In this document: in pieces, positions 39,574-51,725 of the stretch
How the letters are laid out: each line of letters starts with the position of its first letter
How positions within the stretch are numbered: the first letter of the stretch is position 1
Assembly (NCBI GenBank): GCA_963827685.1
Contig: CAWHBU010000003.1
Location: 1,120,001 to 1,184,000 of the forward strand
Origin: an uncultured delta proteobacterium
GTDB taxonomy: Bacteria > Desulfobacterota > BSN033 > UBA1163
Length of the DNA: 64,000 nt
Direction of reading: 5' to 3'
The notes under the pieces: generated by a model
What the model was told of the DNA's origin: nothing
Seen by the model: the letters and a program-made list of their open reading frames with translations, nothing else
Database searches by the model: none
Made by a program: the position numbers and the translations under genes

Positions 39574-40032
39574 TTATCTTCGTTCTCTAAAAAAAGCCTT
39601 TAAGATTTCACCGCACTCTTTTTCAAGAATACCTCGATCAACTCTTAGTTTGTGAGTTAAACCGTTATCGTTCAACAATTTAAACTTTGATTCAACTGCC
39701 CCAAATTTTGGCTCAGGTACTCCAAAGACCAACCTCGATATCCTGCCGTGAACCATTGCAGAAACACACATGGGGCAGGGTTCAGCCGTCACATACATCA
39801 CTGTTTCATTCAGTCGGTAATTTCTTAAAATCTCCCCTCCTTTTCGAAGGACCAGGATTTCTGCATGGGCAGTGGGATCACTAAGCTCAATACAACGATT
39901 ATGATCTTTTGCAAGCACCTGACCTCCTTTTAATAAAATGGCGCCCACTGGTATTTCCCCTCCCTGGCCAGCCTTCTCCGCTTCCTCCAGTGCCATTTTC
40001 ATATACCTTTCATCAGATTCCCTATCCTTCAT
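39574..40032 (-). CDS. tadA: tRNA adenosine(34) deaminase
   Basis: EIPVGA, DPTAHAE, EPCPMC. Confidence 0.92.
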   Translation of the reverse strand: MKDRESDERYMKMALEEAEKAGQGGEIPVGAILLKGGQVLAKDHNRCIELSDPTAHAEILVLRKGGEILRNYRLNETVMYVTAEPCPMCVSAMVHGRISRLVFGVPEPKFGAVESKFKLLNDNGLTHKLRVDRGILEKECGEILKAFFRERR

Positions 40033-40143
40033 TCTTGATCTCAGACAAGTCATCAATGACTGGCTGCCCTGAACTACGTTGAGTTCAGGGCCCCGCCCTG
40101 AATCTTTCGTGGTTCAGGGCTGCCATGTCCCCTAAGTGGTACA

Positions 40144-40220
40144 TGGCGCGCCCAGGGTGATTCGAACACCCGACCTGCGGATTCGTAGTCCGACGCTCTA
40201 TCCATCTGAGCTATGGGCGC
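40144..40220 (-). tRNA. tRNA-Arg (ACG)
   Basis: GCGCCCATAGCTCAG...CGGACTACGAATCCG...CCA. Confidence 0.94.
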
Positions 40221-40414
40221 ATTCTTCAATTGCGTATCGGCGAATGTGGATTGCGGAATGCAAAAAATACCCCCTCACCCTGACCCTCTCCCGCCGGGGG
40301 AGAGGGAAGATAAATAAGAAGGGTTCTCATGTCTCATTCAAAATATTGCTATATTTAACACTGGCTCCCTGAACTACGTTGAGTTCACGGCTGCCATGCA
40401 CCCTACGTGGTGCA

Positions 40415-40507
40415 TGGCGGAGAGAGAGGGATTCGAACCCTCGATCCCGTTTTAAGCGGGATACTCGCTTAGCAGGCGAGCCCCTTCGGCCTCTCGGGCA
40501 TCTCTCC
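40415..40507 (-). tRNA. tRNA-Ser (GCT)
   Basis: Anticodon arm CTCGCCTGCTAAGCGAG, CCA end. Confidence 0.93.
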
Positions 40508-40529
40508 GTTTCAAATAGTTATTATAGGA

Positions 40530-40617
40530 TGGCGGAGGGAGTAGGATTCGAACCCACGTCCCCTTTCGGAGAAGCGGTTTTCAAGACCGCCGCCTTAAAC
40601 CACTCGGCCATCCCTCC
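40530..40617 (-). tRNA. tRNA-Ser (TGA)
   Basis: Anticodon arm GCGGTCTTGAAAACCGC, CCA end. Confidence 0.93.
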
Positions 40618-40679
40618 GCAACTGCCATCAATATTCTCACAAAACTTTATTCTTACCGACTTCTTTTCGTCTACGACGA

Positions 40680-40885
40680 AGGGAGTAGGATGTGCTCGCT
40701 CGCTTCGCCCTGTACACCATCCGGTGCAGGGCTTCGCTCTCTCCGCCTCCCCCTCACGGAGTCGCCGAACCCACGTCCCCTTGTGCTCAGTCGCTACGTT
40801 CCTTCCGCCTCCCCCCTAAACTTTAGGGGGTCGCCGGGAGAATCCCGTTTTGACAGGACGCCTTAAACCACTCGGCCATCCCTCC
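40680..40885 (-). pseudogene. Degenerate copy of tRNA-Ser(TGA) with two small insertions
   Basis: GGAGTAGGAT|CGAACCCACGTCCCCTT|CGGGAGAA...CGCCTTAAACCACTCGGCCATCCCTCC matches 40530-40617; anticodon arm and 3' end decayed. Confidence 0.8.
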
Positions 40886-40931
40886 GTTCCGACTCAACGC
40901 AAAGCGCATAGGGCATAGCGCATTTATAAGA

Positions 40932-42260
<1,329 letters not shown>

Positions 42261-42492
42261 TCATGAAGAAACAAAAAAAATCAATTCTACTGCTCAAACA
42301 ATCATTTCCAACCCATCATTCCAACATTCCAACCTTCCAATATTCCAGGGTTTTAAGAATATCATCAATTTCCTGTGAAATCAACTCTTCGGCTCCCTCC
42401 GGCCTGAAGGCCAAAGTTTGCTCAGAGTTGATACTGAGCGGAGGTCTCAACCCCACCCTCAAAGGAGGATTTTCGCATGGTCGAAGTGTCAA

Positions 42493-43077
42493 TTATTGTC
42501 TTTTGATCAAATCGGGTTTGGGGGTGACGGGCTGCCCTAAGGAAAGATGGCCGACAATGGTTTCTATCGGTTTCCCATCAATGAGGATTTGAACTCGTTT
42601 GATTTCGGGAAAATTCAGGGAAAGGGAATTGACAATGGAATAAACAGTCATCATCTCAGCTGAACTTCCTCCGGGATGATCCTTGGAAAGGGCTGGGTTG
42701 AAATTGACTTTGGCCACTCCTGCGTCACTGATCTGGAGGGTCAATAATTCTGTTCGTGGAGGAAGAGTAGGAATGAGTTTCCCTTTTGGACCTTTGATCA
42801 GCTCGATGATCGTCTCCTTCGCCTCTTCTTTCACTGCATTTTTTTTCAAAATCTTTCTCTTTTCCCCGATCAGATATTCGCCCTCCCTATCTGAAAAATA
42901 AAGGAGGACTTCCTTTCTCTCCACTAAGATGGCCCGTCTCTCAGACAACGGTTTAATGGATCGGAATATCTGCTGATGAGAGAGCAGGATCAAACAGATC
43001 CCGATCAGGATCAGGAAAAAAAGGATCCTACCTCCCCTGCCCTTTTTAGCGGTTCTTTTCTTACGTTTCGGTTTCAT
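42493..43077 (-). CDS. GerMN-domain membrane protein
   Basis: LYF, LIKGP, GGSSAEMMTVYSIVNSL, VQILIDG. Confidence 0.85.
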   Translation of the reverse strand: MKPKRKKRTAKKGRGGRILFFLILIGICLILLSHQQIFRSIKPLSERRAILVERKEVLLYFSDREGEYLIGEKRKILKKNAVKEEAKETIIELIKGPKGKLIPTLPPRTELLTLQISDAGVAKVNFNPALSKDHPGGSSAEMMTVYSIVNSLSLNFPEIKRVQILIDGKPIETIVGHLSLGQPVTPKPDLIKRQ

Positions 43078-43088
43078 GAAAAATCCAA

Positions 43089-43349
43089 TTACTTTCCTTC
43101 TGCCATTTTTCCGACAATCGGTAAGGAATACCGTTCTCCCTGAAGAGCCTTAACCATCAGGATGAGCCACAAAATAAGGCTTAAAATCCAAATCGGATAG
43201 ACCAGAAGACCGATAACAGGGATAGATCCCAAGATGAACGAGATAATGAAGAGGCTGAGAAAGGTGATCGTCGATTGCATGGCATGAAGTCTTATAAAAC
43301 GGCGACCCTTTTCCACAATGAGGGAAATTATACCTGTGATGAGTCTTAA
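43089..43349 (-). pseudogene. 5'-truncated DUF4870-like membrane protein
   Basis: ITGIISLIVEKGRRFIRLHAMQS...YSLPIVG; in-frame stop at 43350-43352 with no start codon upstream of the ITGII segment. Confidence 0.55.
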
Positions 43350-43500
43350 TTAGATCCTAATAATAATGCAGTTAGCTTATAGGAAACGGCTTCCCGAAAC
43401 CTGACTTGATGTCTGAATATGCCCCAAATAATGAGAATCTTTTGGAGCACTATTACATGTCTTTTTCTCCTTTACCCCCGAGTACAAAATCATGTAAAGT

Positions 43501-43959
43501 TCAGAACCATTTTTTCCTTTGGACGACATAGAGCTGTTCAAATTCTTCATCAGATTTGGTGAGGTAAATGATGCCCTCAATTAATGCTATAACTCCAAGT
43601 ATGATGTTGGGAATAAATAAGAGTACCCAAGTGACTGCAAAGCCAATGGTGTTAATCAAAAGATATACAAGTCCTGGACCTGTAAATCCTAAGTAAAATT
43701 TATGAATTCCTAAACTGCCAAGGAAAATTGCCAGTAGGCCTGCAGCCAGTTTATTCTTTGAACTTGTGGAAGTACTACCGATTGCCACATAAACAGCCTT
43801 CGCGAGATTACCTTCGACATCGAAATCAACAGTGATACCCCGCATTGGCATGCCCGCACTTTTCCATTCTGATCCAGCGAATTGGTACCTTTTCCCATCC
43901 GCACCTGAAATCGTGCCGCTGTTCAATTGGATTGAATAATCTAAGATCTGACCTTTCAT
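43501..43959 (-). CDS. TM2-domain protein with a cold-shock-like N-terminus
   Basis: KNKLAAGLLAIFLGSLGIHKFYLG, IEGIIYL. Confidence 0.85.
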   Translation of the reverse strand: MKGQILDYSIQLNSGTISGADGKRYQFAGSEWKSAGMPMRGITVDFDVEGNLAKAVYVAIGSTSTSSKNKLAAGLLAIFLGSLGIHKFYLGFTGPGLVYLLINTIGFAVTWVLLFIPNIILGVIALIEGIIYLTKSDEEFEQLYVVQRKKWF

Positions 43960-44356
43960 AGACCCTCCCTTCTTCTTAGGGTTAAGAAAACCAAATGTGG
44001 ATTGTTAAGAACATTTACATATATAATCACTTGCTCATTTTAATTGGGGTATATATACGAAACCAGAGATTGCGTGTCAAGCAGAAAAGACCCACAGTAG
44101 TAATCCCTCAGTAATAGGCGGAGATCGTATGCTTAGGATCGGGGCGGTCTCTCCGGAGAAAACTTGAAGCGGCACATTTGAGCAACGAGCCAAGGTGCAG
44201 ATACCCTAAAACCGGCCCCTTCAACACCACCCGCCGATTCCCCTCTCTCTAATGATCCGCTTTCCAAGGTTTCGGAGGGGAGACCACCCCGATCCAACCG
44301 CACCGGAGATTGAGAAGTTGCCCACGGTACCACACATTTCGCAGCCTGCAATCGAT

Positions 44357-47176
44357 TCAAGCCAGCGCGAACTGACCTATCTTCTTTTTCAAGAATTGGC
44401 CGGTATAAGACGCTGGATTTTGTGTCAATGCCTCCGGTGTTCCGCATCCAATCACTTCCCCCCCGTTCTCTCCACCCTCCGGGCCAAGGTCAATAATGTA
44501 ATCCGCTGATTTGATGACTTCCATATTATGTTCGATGACGATGACGGTGTTTCCTCTATCGGTGAGCCGGTTGAGGACATCGAGCAGTCTCTGAATATCC
44601 GCAAAATGGAGACCTGTTGTCGGTTCATCTAAAATGTAGACGCTCCTTCCTGTCTCCCTCTTACTCAACTCCCTCGCCAGTTTAATCCGCTGGGCCTCTC
44701 CTCCGGAAAGCGTTGTGGCAGGCTGACCCAACTTGAGGTAACCCAGGCCGACTTCGCAGAGGGTCTGGAGTTTCTGACGAATCACCGGGATAGCCTGAAA
44801 AAAGTCATTCGCCTCTTCGGCGGTCATCTCCAGAACATCGGAGATCGTTCTCCCTTTATATCGGACGTCGAGCGTCTCTCGATTATAGCGTTTCCCACGG
44901 CACTCCTCACAGGTTACATAAACATCAGGAAGAAATTGCATCTCGACTTTCAGGACTCCATCCCCATGGCACGTTTCGCACCGCCCCCCCGATACATTAA
45001 AACTGAAGCGCCCCGGCATAAATCCTCTCATCCTCGATTCTGGAAGCTGGGCAAAGAGGTCTCGTATGGGCTGGAACAGACCTGTATAGGTCGCCGGGTT
45101 GGAACGCGGTGTCCTTCCGATCGGCATCTGATCCACATGGATCACTTTATCCACATATCCCAACCCTTCAATGCCTTTAACAGAAACACAACGCTGTGGA
45201 AGACGATACAACTGCTGGGCCAATAAGCAATAAAGCGTATCAATGATCAAGGTTGATTTCCCTGACCCCGAAACGCCTGTGATACAGGTGAACACCCCCA
45301 GGGGGAACTTCACGTCAATGTTCTTCAGGTTATTTGCCGTGGCGCCCCGGAGGACAAGATATTTTCCTCCGACTGGTCTTCTCTGCTTGGGCAGAGGAAT
45401 GAGTTTTTTCCCGGAGAGATATTGTCCGGTCAATGAATGGCCTGCTTTCGCCAACGCCTCGGGAGGTCCGGTGAAAACCACTTCTCCTCCTCTCTCCCCA
45501 GGCCCGGGTCCCATATCAATGATATAATCGGCAGAACGAATCGTCTCCTCATCGTGCTCCACGACAATGACGGTATTTCCCAGATCCCTTAACCTTTTCA
45601 ATGTCCCCAACAGGCGTAAGTGGTCCCTTTGATGAAGCCCGATACTGGGCTCATCCAGAATGTAGAGCACACCCACTAAACTCGAGCCGATCTGGGTCGC
45701 CAGACGGATGCGCTGGGATTCTCCGCCGGAAAGGGTGGCAGCGGTTCGATCCAGGGTAAGGTAATCCAGACCGACCTCCACCATAAACTTCAACCGCTCT
45801 TCAATCTCTTTCAAAATCCCCTGAGCAATTTTCTGAGATCTTGGGGAAAGCTCCAAACGCTTCAGGAAATCCAATGCCTCCTCAACATAAAGATGAGTGA
45901 CTTCGGCGATCGATCTTCCACCCACCTTGATTGAAAGCACTTCCTTTTTCAGCCGTGTCCCCCCGCAATCGGAACAAGGAGCCACATTCATAAATCCGCC
46001 CAACTCGTCATCTGCGTCTCCGTTCTCTTTCCGTCTCCTCTCCATTTCCGGAATGACCCCTTCAAATTCCTGCCGGAAGAGATGTGATTTCCCTTTCCCC
46101 TTCACCTTAAAGGAGACTTTTTCTCCCTCCGATCCATAGAGAAGAAGGCGCTGAACCGATTTGGACAACCGATTAAATGGAGTATCAAGACCGAAATGAT
46201 AATGTTTCGCCAACCCTCTTAGAATGGGTCTTAAAAAAGCCTCTTCTTTCTCCTTCCATGGAAGGAGAGCGGCTTCGTTCAGTGAGAGGGAGGGATTCGG
46301 AACGATGAGATCAGGATCAAAATAGCGCTTTGTTCCCAATCCGCTGCAGGCAGGGCAGGCACCCTGAGGACTGTTGAAAGAGAACATCCGGGGTGTGATT
46401 TCCGGGAAACTGAATCCGCATTGGATACAGGAGAACTTCTGGCTGAAAATCATGGGAGCCGATCCTTCTCTCTCCACCTTCACAATTCCTTCGGAAAGGT
46501 GTGAAGCGATCTCTAAGGAATCGTTGATTCTCTTTTCCGCTCCTTCTTTAACTACCAACCGATCCACGACAACATCGATCTCATGGTGCTTATTCTTATC
46601 CAGCCGGATCTCTTCGCTGAGATCCCTCATCTGCTTATCAACTCTTACCCTCACAAACCCGTCCCTCCGGAGTTCCTCCAACTCCTTTCGATATTCTCCT
46701 TTTTTCCCTCTTACGATAGGAGAAAGGACAATGAGGGGTGTTCCTTTTGGGAGCTGGAGAAGTGTCTCAGTCATCTGTTGGAGGGTCTGTGAGGAGATAG
46801 CAGAGCCGCAATGCGGGCAGAAAGGTTCTCCGACCCTGGCAAAGAGGAGCCGGAGGTAATCATAGATCTCTGTCACAGTGCCCACAGTAGAACGCGGGTT
46901 TCGTGACATACTCCTCTGATCAATGGCAATAGCCGGAGAGAGACCTTCGATGGATTCTACATTGGCCCTCTCCATCTGCTCTAAAAACTGCCGCGCATAG
47001 GCTGAAAGGGACTCCACGTACCGCCTCTGCCCCTCCGCATAGAGCGTGTCAAAGGCGAGCGTGGACTTACCCGAGCCGCTTAGGCCGGTAATCACCACCA
47101 GACAATTCCGGGGGATCTCCACATCGATATTCTTTAGATTATGAACCTTGGCTCCCCGAATAATGATCTTTTCCAT
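44357..47176 (-). CDS. uvrA: Excinuclease ABC subunit A
   Basis: Two ABC cassettes ([21 protein letters not shown]), zinc fingers. Confidence 0.97.
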   Translation of the reverse strand: MEKIIIRGAKVHNLKNIDVEIPRNCLVVITGLSGSGKSTLAFDTLYAEGQRRYVESLSAYARQFLEQMERANVESIEGLSPAIAIDQRSMSRNPRSTVGTVTEIYDYLRLLFARVGEPFCPHCGSAISSQTLQQMTETLLQLPKGTPLIVLSPIVRGKKGEYRKELEELRRDGFVRVRVDKQMRDLSEEIRLDKNKHHEIDVVVDRLVVKEGAEKRINDSLEIASHLSEGIVKVEREGSAPMIFSQKFSCIQCGFSFPEITPRMFSFNSPQGACPACSGLGTKRYFDPDLIVPNPSLSLNEAALLPWKEKEEAFLRPILRGLAKHYHFGLDTPFNRLSKSVQRLLLYGSEGEKVSFKVKGKGKSHLFRQEFEGVIPEMERRRKENGDADDELGGFMNVAPCSDCGGTRLKKEVLSIKVGGRSIAEVTHLYVEEALDFLKRLELSPRSQKIAQGILKEIEERLKFMVEVGLDYLTLDRTAATLSGGESQRIRLATQIGSSLVGVLYILDEPSIGLHQRDHLRLLGTLKRLRDLGNTVIVVEHDEETIRSADYIIDMGPGPGERGGEVVFTGPPEALAKAGHSLTGQYLSGKKLIPLPKQRRPVGGKYLVLRGATANNLKNIDVKFPLGVFTCITGVSGSGKSTLIIDTLYCLLAQQLYRLPQRCVSVKGIEGLGYVDKVIHVDQMPIGRTPRSNPATYTGLFQPIRDLFAQLPESRMRGFMPGRFSFNVSGGRCETCHGDGVLKVEMQFLPDVYVTCEECRGKRYNRETLDVRYKGRTISDVLEMTAEEANDFFQAIPVIRQKLQTLCEVGLGYLKLGQPATTLSGGEAQRIKLARELSKRETGRSVYILDEPTTGLHFADIQRLLDVLNRLTDRGNTVIVIEHNMEVIKSADYIIDLGPEGGENGGEVIGCGTPEALTQNPASYTGQFLKKKIGQFALA

Positions 47177-47267
47177 TTTTCTCTTTCTTTAAAAGAATTA
47201 ACAGAAAATCCGTAAGGTGTAAACCCCTTAGAACTAATTGGAGTCTGTTTATAAATACGCCTTTTCC

Positions 47268-47337
47268 GTCATGCCGGACTTGATCCGGCATCCAGAAGGT
47301 CTTGAAAGTACTGGATTCCGGCTTTCGCCGGAATGAC
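47268..47337. repeat. REP-like repeat
   Basis: GTCATGCCGGACTTGATCCGGCATCCAG...CTGGATTCCGGCTTTCGCCGGAATGAC. Confidence 0.7.
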
Positions 47338-47687
47338 GACTTCTTATGAAAACCATAATTTGTGGGCAGACTCTAATGACACGAATGATAGCGAATCTGC
47401 CGAATAACCCCTTGCCAACAGACCTTAACGTTGCAATCACCCTCAGAACAGACTCGGCGGGGACACTGATAAAGCCTTGTAGCGGAACCTTGCGAAGTGA
47501 GGCACCATGGTTTATCGACCTTGCTGGACTTCAGGCTTGGTGAGGTCCTCAATAACCCATCCAATTCTGACAAAACCCGCATTACAAGGCTTTGGAAGTG
47601 TTCCCGGCGGGTCTGATTAATGCAACTGTCAGGTAGAGTCATTCGCTCTATTCGCTGTCATTCGGGAGATTGGTTCACAAAAAACGC

Positions 47688-47715
47688 TTGACAAATCAAA
47701 AAAGGACGGTATAAT
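47688..47715 (+). promoter_or_regulatory. sigma70 promoter of the polyamine operon
   Basis: TTGACA-16 bp-TATAAT. Confidence 0.7.
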
Positions 47716-47828
47716 TTCTTCAAGTTTATTTTATTAAACTTATTTCTTCTTATAATGTCTTACAGATTACTAAACAAATTTCTTTTTATACTGTCCTCAC
47801 AGGGATTCGGAGCAGGCGGTGATAAATC

Positions 47829-49022
47829 ATGGCTAAAGTACTGATTATCGGAGCGGGGGGTGTGGGTACGGTTGTTGCTCATAAAGTGGCAAAAGCTCCA
47901 CAGGTGTTTACTGACATCAGGCTAACAAGCCGTACAAAATCAAAATGTGATGTCATTGCTAAGGCAGTAGGCGCCAATAGAATTAAGACGGCTCAGGTTG
48001 ATGCAAATAATATACGTCAATTAGTTGAATTGTTCAAAGGCTTTAAGCCCGAAATGGTCATCAATGTGGCACTGCCTTATCAAGATTTAACGATCATGGA
48101 CGCCTGTCTTGAAACAGGGGTCAATTATTTGGATACCGCAAACTATGAACCGCCCGAGGTCGCCAAATTCGAATATAAATGGCAATGGGCGTACCATGAC
48201 CGATTTCGGAATGCAGGACTAACAGCCATCTTAGGATGTGGTTTTGACCCGGGCGCGACAGGGGTTTTCACCGCTTATGCTTCCAAACACCACTTTGACG
48301 AAATTTATGATCTTGATATTGTTGACTGTAATGCAGGCGACCATGGAAAACCCTTTGCAACCAATTTTAATCCGGAAATCAATATTCGTGAAGTAACCCA
48401 AAGAGGTAAATACTGGGAGAATGGAAAATGGATTGAAACCGAGCCCCACGAAATTCACAAACCGTTAAATTATCCAAATATCGGTCCCAGGGAATCTTAT
48501 CTGATTTACCACGAAGAATTGGAATCATTGGTTAAACATTTTCCGACTCTAAGACGGGCTCGATTTTGGATGACGTTCGGACAAGAGTATTTAACCCATT
48601 TACGTGTGATTCAAAATATTGGAATGGCAAGCATTAAACCGATCCTATATGAGGGCAAAACAATTGTGCCAATTCAATTCCTCAAAGCGGTATTGCCTAA
48701 TCCCGGCGAACTCGGTGAACATTATTCAGGCGAAACCTCCATCGGTTGCCGGATGAGAGGGATGAAGAATCATAAGGAGAAGACGTACTATATCTATAAT
48801 AATTGTAAACACCAGGATGCCTATAAGGAAACCGGAGCACAGGGTGTGAGTTATACCACCGGAGTGCCCGCCATGATTGGCGCCATGATGTTTCTAACTG
48901 GCAAGTGGAAGAAGGCCGGCGTATTTAACGTTGAAGAATTTGACCCCGACCCATTCATGGAGCAATTGAACGTCCACGGACTTCCCTGGCACGAACGGCA
49001 CGACGTGGACCTGGAATTGTGA
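47829..49022 (+). CDS. Carboxy(nor)spermidine synthase (saccharopine dehydrogenase family)
   Basis: GAGGVG, ALPYQD, YLDTANYE, GCGFDPG, FATNFNPEINIRE; next to nspC. Confidence 0.9.
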   Translation: MAKVLIIGAGGVGTVVAHKVAKAPQVFTDIRLTSRTKSKCDVIAKAVGANRIKTAQVDANNIRQLVELFKGFKPEMVINVALPYQDLTIMDACLETGVNYLDTANYEPPEVAKFEYKWQWAYHDRFRNAGLTAILGCGFDPGATGVFTAYASKHHFDEIYDLDIVDCNAGDHGKPFATNFNPEINIREVTQRGKYWENGKWIETEPHEIHKPLNYPNIGPRESYLIYHEELESLVKHFPTLRRARFWMTFGQEYLTHLRVIQNIGMASIKPILYEGKTIVPIQFLKAVLPNPGELGEHYSGETSIGCRMRGMKNHKEKTYYIYNNCKHQDAYKETGAQGVSYTTGVPAMIGAMMFLTGKWKKAGVFNVEEFDPDPFMEQLNVHGLPWHERHDVDLEL

Positions 49023-49182
49023 GAGTATACAATTCAGACATCAGACAATAGACCTTAGACGTCAGATCGAGCTATCTATTGCAAGGCGTGAACTCTAACG
49101 GCTTACAACTTTTCCTATCCCGAAAAAAGTCTGGTGTCTAAAGTCTGAAGTCCAGCGTCTGAGTCGCAGGATAAGTTTCACC

Positions 49183-50313
49183 ATGTCCATTGACTTCAAC
49201 AAAATCCCCTCCCCTTGTTATGTGATTGATGAGCTTTTATTGCGGAATAACCTCCAATTAATAAAGCAGGTTAAAGAAGCTGCCAAAGTTGATATCCTCG
49301 TTTCGTTTAAAGCCTTCTCGAATTGGGGGGTATTTCCGATCTTTAAAGAATACGGTTTTGGCGCTTCAGCAAGCTCCCTCAATGAAGCGCGACTGGCATA
49401 TGAGGAGCTCGGAGTAAGGGCGCATACCTATTCGCCTGCCTACGAAGAAAAGACGACCGAGGACATTTTAAAATATAGCAGTCATATCTCCTTTAATTCC
49501 ATAAACCAATTGCAAAAGTATTCTAAGGTTGCCAGTCAAAAGGGTGTTTCAATTGGCTTGCGTGTGAACCCCGAGTTTTCGGATTCCCCCCATGACATTT
49601 ATAATCCCTGTAAACCCGGCTCCCGGTTTGGCATCACTGCCGACCAGCTTGGCAGCGCCTTACCCCGGGAGGTTGAAGGGCTACATTTTCATACATTGTT
49701 TGAGGCCGATTCCTTTGCTCTCGAAAGAGTGTTGGCTGCTTTCATAAAGAAATTTGGCCGGTATTTACCTAAATTGAAATGGGTGAACATGGGCGGTGGT
49801 CATCTTATAACAAAGAAGGAATACGATATAACTCATTTGGTTAAACTCTTAATCGATTTTAAAAACAAGTATGGTGTCAAAATCATATTAGAACCTGGCA
49901 GCGCTTTTACTTATCAAACGGGTTACCTCGTTTCTACGATATTAGATATTGTTGAAAATAACGGTATAAAAACCGCTATTCTCGATGTTTCATTTACCTG
50001 CCATATGCCCGATTGTCTTGAAATGCCCTATAAACCTGTTATTCTGGGCACCACCGATGAAAGGGCAGGAAAACCGACATACCGAATGGGAGGGGTAAGT
50101 TGTTTGGCGGGTGACTATATGGGAAATTGGTCGTTCGAAAAAGAATTAAAACCCGGCGACAAAATCATCTTTGAGGATATGATTCATTACACCACCGTAA
50201 AAACCACCATGTTCAACGGCGTCAATCATCCTTCCATTGGCATATGGAATGACAAGTCAGAATTTAGGCTAATTAAAGAATTCAATTATCAGGACTATAA
50301 AAATAGATTATGA
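49183..50313 (+). CDS. nspC: Carboxynorspermidine decarboxylase
   Basis: SPCYVIDE, GLHFH, HMPDCLEMPY, CLAGD, YTTVKTTMFNG. Confidence 0.93.
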   Translation: MSIDFNKIPSPCYVIDELLLRNNLQLIKQVKEAAKVDILVSFKAFSNWGVFPIFKEYGFGASASSLNEARLAYEELGVRAHTYSPAYEEKTTEDILKYSSHISFNSINQLQKYSKVASQKGVSIGLRVNPEFSDSPHDIYNPCKPGSRFGITADQLGSALPREVEGLHFHTLFEADSFALERVLAAFIKKFGRYLPKLKWVNMGGGHLITKKEYDITHLVKLLIDFKNKYGVKIILEPGSAFTYQTGYLVSTILDIVENNGIKTAILDVSFTCHMPDCLEMPYKPVILGTTDERAGKPTYRMGGVSCLAGDYMGNWSFEKELKPGDKIIFEDMIHYTTVKTTMFNGVNHPSIGIWNDKSEFRLIKEFNYQDYKNRL

Positions 50314-50453
50314 TTATTTGGCGGTGAGATACAGTATCTTAACAGAAAAATTTCTTTAATGTTAAAGGCTTGGTTCTAAAAATTAGAATAAATCAATGCC
50401 TGGTAAATTTCCAAAGAAAGACGGAAAATGATTTAAGCGGGAGGATTGCGATA

Positions 50454-51560
50454 ATGCCAAAAAGCAAGAAAAGAAAAGTATTCATTAGCTATAGCTCGGA
50501 AGATTCAACGTTAGCGGGAACCATAGGAAATTTATTCAAGAAAGAAGTTAATGTTGAAAAGTTTTTGTACGAAGAATCTATAGATCCTTTGTCTGAATGG
50601 AAACCACAGATAAGGAACAATATAAACAATTGTGAATTACTTATAGTATTAATGACACCTTCTTCAAGAAATTCTGTCTGGGTGCATTTCGAGACGGGGG
50701 CAGCGTGGATAAAATCAATTAAGATTTTGACTCTCTGTGCGAAGGGATTAAGGCCAAGCATGTGGCCCACGTTGAATCAACTTAATGCTATTCAAATAGA
50801 TTCAGTGAAGGGTGTTAGGAAATTATTAAATGTATTAATAAATGAAAAATTTATTAGAAAGAAAGTCAATAATTCGATTATTAAAAGAATCGCGTCAGAA
50901 GGTAGAATGAAAGGCAACTGGGAATTTGTAAGAATTGCAGAAGTAGCAGATAAGCTTGGGGGCTCTCCGTTTGTACTTTCCGAAATGATTAATTATGCTG
51001 AAAAATCTATTTTTGTTGTAGGACAAAATTTATCTTTTATGGCAAAAGAAGCACAAATTCATGAATCGATAAGAAAATGGCTGGAAGCTAAAGCAGGCCG
51101 TAAAATAGAGTTGCTAATTTGTGATCCATGCAGTCATTCAGCGATTCTGCAATACTCAATCATCTTCGATAAAACAAAATTTATTGAAGATCTCTACGAT
51201 GCGATTAAGGTATTTAAAAAATTGCAGAAGAAATTGGGTAGAAGGAAATTCAAGGTGAAACTTGCAAAATCAGTTCCTCTTTCTTTAACAATAACAGATG
51301 GTAGCCTTCCAAGTGGGAGAATGTCTATAACCCCTATTGTCTTTACACCTGTTTCAGAGGAAAGGCCGGTATTTATGATAAAGAGAAAAACAAATGAGAC
51401 TGTCTTCAGTCACTATTATAATAATTATTATGAAAGGTTCAGATATTCAAAAAGAAATGTTGATAATGTAACCAATAAAGAAATTAAAGAATGCAATAAG
51501 CTTATGTCACATCCAGAGTTATCAAGTATCATTAGAAAAGAGAAATCCAAAACAAAATAA
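50454..51560 (+). CDS. TIR-domain protein with an uncharacterised C-terminal domain
   Basis: VFISYSSED...SVWVHFETGAAW (TIR catalytic Glu); AT-rich. Confidence 0.8.
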   Translation: MPKSKKRKVFISYSSEDSTLAGTIGNLFKKEVNVEKFLYEESIDPLSEWKPQIRNNINNCELLIVLMTPSSRNSVWVHFETGAAWIKSIKILTLCAKGLRPSMWPTLNQLNAIQIDSVKGVRKLLNVLINEKFIRKKVNNSIIKRIASEGRMKGNWEFVRIAEVADKLGGSPFVLSEMINYAEKSIFVVGQNLSFMAKEAQIHESIRKWLEAKAGRKIELLICDPCSHSAILQYSIIFDKTKFIEDLYDAIKVFKKLQKKLGRRKFKVKLAKSVPLSLTITDGSLPSGRMSITPIVFTPVSEERPVFMIKRKTNETVFSHYYNNYYERFRYSKRNVDNVTNKEIKECNKLMSHPELSSIIRKEKSKTK

Positions 51561-51595
51561 ATACTTACATGCCATTCGTTTATATGGAGGTGGGT

Positions 51596-51725
51596 TTACA
51601 CAACCGTGAAAACAACGATGTTCAACGGCGCCAATCATCCCTTCATTGGTATATGGAATGAAAAATCAGGATTGAGATTAATTAGAGAATTCAATTACCA
51701 GGATTATAAGAATAGATTATCTTGA
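51596..51725 (+). pseudogene. Diverged duplicate of the nspC 3' end
   Basis: YTTVKTTMFNGANHPFIGIWNEKSGLRLIREFNYQDYKNRLS* versus nspC 50188-50313. Confidence 0.88.
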
